A DNA stretch of 63,215 bases, counting the filler, from Conidiobolus incongruus B7586 (lineage: Eukaryota), in the NCBI GenBank assembly GCA_000697335.1. It is 6 parts of 6 records of this genome, joined end to end, with 100 filler letters (N's around TTAATTAATTAA, not from the genome) between each part and the next. Parts side by side here need not be neighbours in the genome. Positions count along the whole stretch, not along the records: positions 49,411 to 57,658 come from JNEM01007303.1; positions 57,759 to 60,247 come from JNEM01007305.1; positions 60,348 to 63,215 come from JNEM01007311.1; 3 more parts are not named here. One strand, 5' to 3'. Shown here piece by piece: positions 53,449-63,215 of the stretch. The notes below the pieces were generated by a model. It searched no databases. It worked only from the letters and a program-made list of their open reading frames with translations, and was not told the origin of the DNA. The translations under genes and the position numbers were made by a program. Position 1 is the first letter of the stretch; each line of letters begins with the position of its first letter.

Positions 53449-56400
53449 TTTAATGCAAATCAAATATTAAATTAAATAATACTATATTACTACTAAAGAA
53501 TACAAATAAACTAAGTTAAAGCTTAGTATATTAAATGATGAAAATGGTTAATTTTTGACCAGATCCAAGGCTTTCTTTTATATAAAATCAAAACATTTTA
53601 TTTATGTTTGTAATACCTAAATGTTAGCTTAACTGACCAACTCAACCTTTGTGATTTAACAGAGAATTCGATGAAATGATGATGCAATAACCTTCTTGTA
53701 CTACGTATCGTATATACTTCAATTTATAGCTATATTTCAGGTTAATTGATTGTTTGATCAATGTGGACCACATCAAACTGTCATAACAAGATATTTCATC
53801 CTAAATATACCTTTCATGTCATACTCTAAAAACAATTCTGTTGAGCACAATTCGGGATCAATTATTACTCCTAAATAGGCTAAAAATATCATATATATAT
53901 GAATTAAAGGTCAATCTAATATATTAAATATTCTTATATAATATAAAATTTATGTTAAAACTAGCTTCATTTTATATGTATAAGTTCAATTATTTATATT
54001 ATTTAATTTTATAAATCACGTATCTTCATGAAACGTTGAGGATCATAATTGAATTGAAAATGTTCAACCTTCTATTTTAATTCCAATATAATTATTAAAA
54101 AATTCAACTTGCAAACAAGAAAATACTATAATTGGGAATAAATATATTTAAAATCAATAGTAGTAATGATAGCATTATTAATATTTTTTCAATTAGTATA
54201 TATCAATAGTTAATAAATAAAATTAATTAATCAAATGGTTTTATAAAGCTTATTAAAATATATAAGTAATTATTAGTCATAATTTAATAATAATCTAATA
54301 ATAAATCTTGTAGATATTTAATTTATCAAATATAATCAGTTAAATCGTGAAATTGTGATAATATTACAATTGGATAATGGGAATAAATGGATTTGGATTT
54401 GAGAATATGATTAAAATAGAATAAAATCCAAATACATGAGAATATCTGACATTTTGATCTTGACAAGTAACCGACTATAATTTGATTCAATAAGGAGTGT
54501 TTATTAAATTGATTAAATATGTTTATGTAACATATATCTTTCTAATAGGTTTTTTCTATATGAAGTTTAAGTTTGTTAGTTTGTTATTGTATTACATTCT
54601 GGCTATTAGCAAGACTGATCACAGATTGTTATTGACAACAATGAGGTATAATCTTTCATTTGTTTAATACAAAATCAATTCAACCTTGAATCAGGAATGA
54701 AAATTCCAAAGAATTGTGGATATGCTATTTTTATCTCATTTTGTGCTTCATGAGAAATGGATCAGAGAAACCTGAAAGTTTGAAAATTGGAATCAGTCTA
54801 TTTATTTTAATGAAAAATAAATAAGCATGGTTTCATTAACCAATTCTTGTCATGATGTACTTTCACGATTGAATGATACAAATCCACTTCATGTCAATAA
54901 TTAGGTAGTTCAACTTGAATTAAACTTTGTCAGCCAATACAATTTATTCATTATTTTCTTTTTTTCAAAATTTACAATATATAATTTTCACTATGAACGT
55001 TAAACAAAGATTAAATTAAAAATAAACCTGGAACACACAATTCATGTTAAATCCTGAAAAACTAGTTCAAATGCCTATAATAATAATTGAGTATCTAATT
55101 TTGAATCATCTGATCATTTTCAAATCCAATATATATATATATATATTTTAACAATTTGTTTGTAATGCATTTTAAATTAGGTTTGTTTATTCCTATTTTA
55201 ATATCAGTTTATCAATATGACTTTGAAAAATCGTGTAGAATGTAATTTGTCAATCATTTTCTATTTTAAAAAATTTATATTATCAAATATCCCCTCTACT
55301 CTCACAATTCATCTTTGCAATGATCCTGTAATTAAAAAAATTAAATTGAATTATTAACTGATTGGTCGAAAATGACGAATAAACACTTTAAACTGTCATA
55401 TTATTGGACTGAATTATTTATATTATGGAATTGATATTATTCAAAAAGAAAACGAATCAAACACCGTACACATGGCTCCCAACACTAAATTTTCAATTGG
55501 ATTGAATTATTGATCCGGCCATGTTTGCTTAACCAACATTTGGGTGAGCCATGATCCATTTTCAAGTTTCACCTCCTACCTGTTATGTCACATTCTCTCC
55601 ATACCAAATTAACCCATGAAATCATCCAACTCTTTGAATTATTTTTCAATTAAGTTTTTTGTGATATTCGAATTGCTGAAATATTTTCTTGGAAGAAATA
55701 GTTGAAGTATAAAAACATAGAATTGAACAATTCGTTAGTTCAATTGGAACAATTGTATTCAAAACAATAAATCATTTAAATTCTAATATATGTTTAAATT
55801 ATAAAACCATCTATACAAAACTCATCATTAGGTTAAATCAAATTAATCTTGAATTTAAGCACTCGAATATATAATTTGTGTCATGTCAATTTTTGGATAA
55901 ATAAACAATGATCAATCCTAATTTTTTTAATAAGAATATTAACTTATTCATTTATTTTAAACATAAATAGATATATTACATGACATCTAATTATCAACTG
56001 GTATATATATAATTTTAAATAAAAATAAATATTTCAATATATGACTAACCAAATATTCAATATAATTTAACATATATATATATATATATAACTGTTTTTA
56101 ATTCATTATATTTATACTCTAATATAACAAAATTTTAACCAGTATTTAGATAATTTAATTATAGATATATGTGATCTCATTATCATACAATTGGTAATTT
56201 TCTCATGTATTACCATTAGTAGTAATATATGTAATTATCAAATAATTTATCAATTTAAACAAATTGCCAAAAAATAACCAATAATTTTATCGATCAAATA
56301 GTTTATTATGATATAAAAATCATTAATTATTATTAAATTTTTTATAGTTTATTAAAAATTACTTTAAAAAATTATATTAAATTATTTTTGTTAAACAATA

Positions 56401-57658
56401 TTTTTCAGATTTAATATAAACATATATTTATAGTATATGACTTGTTATTCATAGTAATGCTCAATTTATTATAATTCAAGTAAAATTAAAAATTAAAATA
56501 AATCATAGGTAAAAAATTTGGAGAAATATTAATAAATTATATTGTTATATTTGGATATAAGTTATTCCAATATTTTTTTAAGTGAAAATCACTCAAAAAT
56601 AAAATTCAACTTTACTTTATGTTTCTTATCACTATAAGGAAAATATAATACGTTTAATATTGAGTAATTACCACAATTATTTTTAGTTATATGCTGATTT
56701 ATTTTTAAATACGATTTTGGTAATTATTAATATCTATATTAGTTATGATTTATAGTTATTTTTCAATGTAGTCTTTTTAAGAGTTTTTATCGCTTTTGTT
56801 AGTATAGTATTATATTTATTGATTTAATCTTTTATATGCAAGTTATTTAATAGACTCTACTATGAGACCGTGTTTCAATAGTTTTTGTTATAAATTTAAG
56901 TTATTTTAATTCGTTTTTAAGGTTTTAATAAATTTGAATTGAATTTATATTATTACTTAAATATTATAATTTTAAAAATTAATTAATTTTCAATGAAAAT
57001 CTTTGAACTTATTGATCATTCAACGAACAGTATTTGTATTTATTACAAATGTTATTTATTATATAGCTTTTTATAAATCTTAATAATTATTTAATAATTA
57101 GGATTAATTACCATTTCATATATATAATTATTATAATATTTAGCCATTAAAAGTTACCTTTTTATCTGACCAATAATATCCATTACAGATTAGTTATATA
57201 TTTTATATCTATTAAATTTAAAATAAAATAAAATTTCAAGAGCTTTTTTCTTTTTAACTATAATAAAAAAATTTCTAATTAAATATTTTTTTGAATCATA
57301 TTAATTCAAATTTCTTAGTATTTTATCATTAGATCAATTTAATATTCTAATATATAATATTAGATTATATATGGTTAAAATTATACTTACTGACTAATAA
57401 ACTTTATATATAATAATATTTATGTTAAATACTCTTTTTTTGAAAAATAAATGATTATATTAAAAAAAATTAAATAATTAATATTAGTTGAAAAAAAACA
57501 AATTATTTTATTTAATTTTTATAATATATTATTTATTTTAAAAAACTAATTATATATAATATATTAAAAAATTAATTCTTTCAAACTTTCTCTATATTTT
57601 TTTATATTTATATATATCTTAAAATATTTTTAATTTAAACTTAAAAAAAATATAATAG

Positions 57659-57758
57659 NNNNNNNNNNNNNNNNNNNNNNNNNNNNNNNNNNNNNNNNNN
57701 NNTTAATTAATTAANNNNNNNNNNNNNNNNNNNNNNNNNNNNNNNNNNNNNNNNNNNN
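57659..57758. other. Artificial contig spacer
   Basis: 44N-TTAATTAATTAA-44N. Confidence 0.97.
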
Positions 57759-60247
57759 GTTTTATAAATAAAGATGGTAGTTAGAAAAGTACTCAAAATA
57801 TGATTTAGTAAATTATTTATTAATCCTGCTCTTTAACGTATCGGGACTGTAGGTTTGAAAACTTACTGTTGAGGCGTCGTAGCAGAATATTCAAAAGAAA
57901 AAAACTTCCTCTCTATCTTTATCACTGTTGGGTTTAAATAATTGAATTAATGAATGATATGGGATTTGGATAAAATCTAATAAAGAAAATAAAGAGAACA
58001 AAGAGTATCCTTCAATTATAGACTGACAAAGCCAGCTTAAAATAGAAATAATATTGGTTTAGCTATCAAACTGGAAGAGATGATTAATTTTGAAATACAA
58101 CAATATCAATGATTATATTATTTGATAAGTGATATATTTCCAACTTGATCCACATTAATATTAATTGTAAATATTTTCTGTTATACTTAAATTTCTAATT
58201 TTGAAATCGATTTTATGTCAACAATATTGTAGTTGATGATATTAGAGTATTAATAATACAATTACAATTATCCCGTTGATTTATTTTTTTTTACATATAT
58301 TTAATAATAAAGATGCTAATATTACAATTAAATTCAGTTTCAGAATAATGATTTAAAATGAGCTGATAAAAATTGATTGGAAATTATTTGATTCAAGTGA
58401 TATATGCAATTAGGAAATAATCCATTGAAATATCCTGTATAATTGAGATATAATGATTAGAAGTACATAACTGAAATTAAAGATTTCATTTATCTGCTAT
58501 GAAATAAACACTTGAATTTTATCATATTGAATATTTGAAATTCAAAACTGTAAATAATCGCGATAATTTGATTGAAAAATGAAATAATTAACAAAGCTCA
58601 TTTAATATCTACTGATAAATTTATCTAGTCATGAATTTTTAATCAAGGAATTTCAATGATACTGAACTATTTAAAAATATATTATTTTCAGTGAATATAG
58701 ATGAAATAATATAATTTAATAATTACCAAATACTTGATTAAAAATAGATGAAAACAAAAGATCTGGTTGCAAATTCAATTTACATCTTTAGTTTGGAAAA
58801 ATGTATATTAAAATGGAACTGTCGTAAATTTTAAAACATTTTATCTAATATGTATTATAATAAGATTGAACAAACATATATATATCTTGAATATTTTGAA
58901 ACAATTATTGAATATAAACATTCAAGCTAAATCAGAGTATGTATTATATATGTTATACCATATTAAGCAATGGGAAAAAGTAAATTGATATTGCAAAAGC
59001 TTTTGTGTATTTTATATTCATCAAATATCTAGAAAAACATTATATATTAGTTTCGATATCAATAAAACTTAACCTTTACGGGATTTGATAAAATTTAATT
59101 TTAAAAATTAAGGAAAAAGATTCCCAAATAAATCAATTATTTTACATATTTAAATTTAAATTTAGATTTTTAGAGTTAGATTTATGTCACCTATGATTCA
59201 GGGGATTAGCTTTTTGTTCATTAATATATTTAAAAAATCATTTTTTCAACAATTGGAACTAATATAAATTTGTCAATTTGAGTTGAATTTTCTGTAGGGG
59301 AAGTGTTAGGAGAGCTTTAGATAATACATAAATTTGATTACATTTAGAAATTCTAAAAATAGTAACATCAAATTAGTATATTAAAGTTGCTTTTTTGATT
59401 AGTTAACCTGAATTTAATCATCTATTATAATAGGTTGATCATAATTTCAAATTTCAAAATTAATTGTATCAAATAATACTTGTAAATTCATTATTTGGAA
59501 TATATTAGGAATATTATTTCAAATACTCTTTTATTGAAATAATATAACAGTTAAAGTATTTAACAAAATATTGATTCTTTTTAATTATATAAATTATATT
59601 GAATAATATTAATACATATTATATATATTCAGTTGATTAAAATTATATAATATCATGATTTCTCTTTATACCAAATTATATTTTGTAATTTAATAATTAA
59701 TGTCATATTATCAGCTAAAAATGGAGTTAATCAGCCACTTTAGTATTTTACTATTTTATTATTTTATCATTTTATTATTAAGGATTTATTTATTTCAATT
59801 TTATTTGAGAAATCATGAGAATTTGACATTTATATAAAAAGAGGATTTATATTTTTTTGAAAAAAAGGGAATAAATCTGTTTTTTATTTTTTCTTGAAAA
59901 TAAAAATAAATTAAAATATACTTTGTTACTAATTTATTTAAGTATTTTAGCTAATTAATTTATTCTGAAATTAATTTAATCTAACTTTATTATAACTCTA
60001 AATTATAAAAAAAAATAGGGTAAATTAGAGATTAATAATATATATAATCTTTTTTAACCAAAATTTAACTTAAAAAGTCAATAATCAATATATTAAAATT
60101 TATATATTAAGTGAATATAATTTCTTTAATCAAAATAATAAATAATAAAATTAATATTTATTGAATTTAATAATTTAAATATTAAATATCTTTTAATGTT
60201 CAAATAATATCTTGATATAATTATACTTATTTTAATTATTAAAATTA

Positions 60248-60347
60248 NNNNNNNNNNNNNNNNNNNNNNNNNNNNNNNNNNNNNNNNNNNNTTAATTAAT
60301 TAANNNNNNNNNNNNNNNNNNNNNNNNNNNNNNNNNNNNNNNNNNNN
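60248..60347. other. Artificial contig spacer
   Basis: 44N-TTAATTAATTAA-44N. Confidence 0.97.
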
Positions 60348-60355
60348 TATATATA

Positions 60356-61922
60356 TACTAACCTACAAAAGCGAGTCATAAAATTAAAAATATAAATATT
60401 TCTTTTAATATCTTAATCAATTCTAATTTAAATAAGTTTACTATAAACTATATAATTAATATATATTCGTTATTTATCATATAATATATAAAGTTAAGCT
60501 TGATTAATTATTAATTGATTTATTAAAATTAAAAGTATATCTAAATTAAGTTATAAATTTATAGATTTTAATATTGATAGAAAAAATTAATATCTAATAT
60601 AACTATCTTTTGCTTTTCTAACTTTTTTAAATTTATAAAATATAAAGTTAACCAGCTTCTTATATTAGCAGGACTAATATTATTCTAAGTTACTTAAATA
60701 TACTCTTAAAGTTAATTTAAATTTTTTGCTAGGGGGAAAGCTTTAATTGATTTTTTTAATTGATCCCAAAGATATTCAATTAGGTTAAGATTAAAGGATT
60801 GAAGAAGTTATTTTATAATAATTATTTTATTATTTTTAAGCTATTTAATAATAAAATTTATAATATAACAAAAGGTATTATCTTATTAGAAAATAATATT
60901 TAATTTATTTAACCTATATTTCTTAATAGTTTTTTTCAATTTATTATTTAAAATACTTTAATATATCTCAGTATTAATTCCCCTATTAACCTTATAAAGT
61001 TAACCTATACTTAAAAATAACATATATTCTTAAATTATAATTGACCTATTATTATATTTTTAGGTTATAATAACATAATAGTTATAAAGTAATTCTTTAT
61101 CTTTTTTGAAATATTTAGTTTTTTTATCAAACTTATTAAGATATATCTTTGTTTTATTAAACTAAATAACTTTACTTTAGTTAATTTTAATTCAACTTTA
61201 GTATTGGCATTTAAACTCCTGCCTAACCCTATAGTAAAATTTCTTTAGTTGGGGGTGTTTTTTCTTAAAATATAAATGATATCTATTCTAATATAAAATA
61301 TATATAATAATATTAATTCTAACTAATGTTCTTGTTTAGTTTTATAATTCTTGTTATACTTCTATAATAATATTATATATACTTATACTAACTAACCTAT
61401 AAATATAATTTTTATCATATTTATTTATAATCTTAATATACTTAAATTTTCATTTAGGTGTTTTATGATATTATTCTTAATAACCCTAGATATAATAGAT
61501 TAGCTAACACTAGTAATTCTAGTAATCTCATAAGTTGATTTATTTTTATTATGCAATTGATTAATATAGAGATAAATTTTTTTAGAGAGGGATTTAAATA
61601 TTATAATATTAATTTGAAAAATTTGCTTAATAGCTTTATAATATATATAATATAATAAACAAAAAAAATAATATATATAAGTGTTTTTATTTATACACTT
61701 TTATCATATAAATCTATAAATTTATAACTCATCTTGATTAAATTTTAGGTTTTAATATATTAACCAATATTTAATGAAATATAATCAAATATAATTAATT
61801 ATAATCAATTAATATAAATAAATTATATATTATAATTTAAATTTATTTAATTAGGGATTGTTAAAGATATAGGTAAATATATAAGTAATTTTGATTTTAT
61901 GACTTATTTCTATAGGTTAGTA
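60356..61922 (-). mobile_element. Full-length but hypermutated Tc1-like transposon (~1.57 kb) with long (~230-bp) terminal inverted repeats
   Basis: Both ends read TA+tactaaccta..aa...agtcataaaat and share gttataaatttatagattt. Minus-strand relic motifs: VI*FNKTKI (VIWSDETKI), KYNNRSIII*EY (KHGGGSIMIWGC), IF**DNTFCY (FQQDNAPCH), QSFNLNLIEYLWDQLKK (QSPDLNPIEHLW). Confidence 0.88.
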
Positions 61923-61989
61923 TATATATATTTGATTAAAAATTTAATTATTTAAAATTAGTTGATTAATTTGATTATACTTATATTAA

Positions 61990-63080
61990 ATAATAGCCAT
62001 TAAAAGTTTTTTATTTTAATATCAGTTAAACTTAACCACAAACCCTCTAAAATAATTTAAAATTTTTAAGTAGCTTTTGATAATAAAATATTATCTAAAT
62101 TGATAATTTATCACTAGGTAAATTATTTTAAAGCTAAGAGAGAAATTACCCAAAACCTATTAAAATCTCAAAGATAGATTTTAACTATTATTTTTCTAAT
62201 AATTAATAAAAAAATTATATTAAAAAACACCTTTTTATTTCACCTAAAGAATTATCAAGATAATTTAATATTAATTACATAAGTATTTTAAATATATTAA
62301 AGTTTATATTGAAATTAATTAATAAAAATATAAAATAGATATCTTATAATTTAACTAAAGCTTAAAAAAAGCTAGAGTAGCTATTGCTAAATAAAACTTA
62401 ATAAGTTAAAACCAGAAACCAATGCTTTTATAATAAATTATTATAATTGATAAATCTTAGATTTTTTTGTATAATCCTTTGTTAAAACATAAATCACAAT
62501 GTTAAATTAAGCCAAATTAACCCTTTCTATAAATTCCTTTAAACAAATATTTTATTAATAAGCAAATATTAATTGTTATAATAGATTATAATAGCATATA
62601 CTATTTTTATTTAATTCCTAAAGGAAAATGAATTAATAGTTAACTTTTTATTTCAATTTTAAATAAAACTATTCCTAATTAATATACTTAAAATAATTTG
62701 AGAAGATTTATTATTTTATATAATAATTGCAAAATATATAAATCTAAAATTATAAAATCTTTATAATTAAAAATAACTGGAAAAAAATATCATATCCAAT
62801 ATATTCTCTAGATTATAACCTATGTGATTATAATTGTTTTAAGTAATTAAAAAAATAGCTTGCAGGAAAAAAAATTCCTGTAAGAAAACTTAAATGGTTT
62901 ATAAAATATCAAATTTCAACTCTTAATAAAAAAATTATTTTAGGTTTTAAATCTTTGCTAAAACTATAGAAAAAAGTTATTAGAAATAAAAAAAACTATT
63001 AATTTTGATATTATATATATTTTTTAATTTTTTCTATCAAAATGTTTATTTTTCTTCAATTGCAAAATATTGCTATTATT
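61990..63080 (+). mobile_element. Near full-length hypermutated mariner copy
   Basis: 3' part aligns with 33930-34290 (gattataacctatgtgattataattgtttt...gcttgcaggaaaaaaaattcctg). 5' relics IYH*VNYFKA, YNLTKA*KK and IIDKS*IF correspond to mariner W..RFK, H.LT..QK and TxDESW motifs. Confidence 0.85.
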
Positions 63081-63215
63081 TAAATTATAAAATAATAAAT
63101 AATTTTATAAATAAGGTATATAAATTATAAAATAATCAAAATCAATAATATTAATTAAAATAATTTATTCATTATCTTAAATATAATAATATAATAATAT
63201 TTTAGAATATTATTA

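Noticed and set aside
56760..57200. Tc1-like motif traces (WSDK; TIETRSHS)
   Set aside because: Motif order is inconsistent with a single element, and the evidence is too weak.

Overview
Very AT-rich eukaryotic DNA with ~45-60 nt GT-AG introns. It is most consistent with an early-diverging fungus (possibly Zoopagomycota/Entomophthoromycotina); this is an inference from gene content and composition. The window is six contigs joined by five artificial 100-nt spacers (44N-TTAATTAATTAA-44N), so adjacency across spacers is not evidence of linkage. Genes: NAT10/KRE33, an RGS-like protein, SAM synthetase (cut by a gap), an MFS transporter, a Cys-rich secreted protein, DPB4 with poly-Asn, plant-type PEX22, a cytochrome P450, a Tim17/NDUFA11-family protein, a SCOC-like protein, a 9-exon SMN, the 3' half of septin CDC12 and a large Thr/Tyr/Pro-repeat secreted protein. 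There are four tRNA genes. Pseudogenes: two MFS, one P450, endonuclease V and one unknown. Several Tc1/mariner relics are mostly invisible in the ORF track. Top observations: (1) transposon copies are saturated with C>T/G>A transitions, many at CpA/TpG, a RIP-like signature that spares neighbouring genes and a near-perfect coding tandem repeat; (2) SMN needs a 4-nt micro-exon to stay in frame; (3) there is a candidate non-canonical 5'UTR intron in SAM synthetase; (4) this endonuclease V copy is inactivated.
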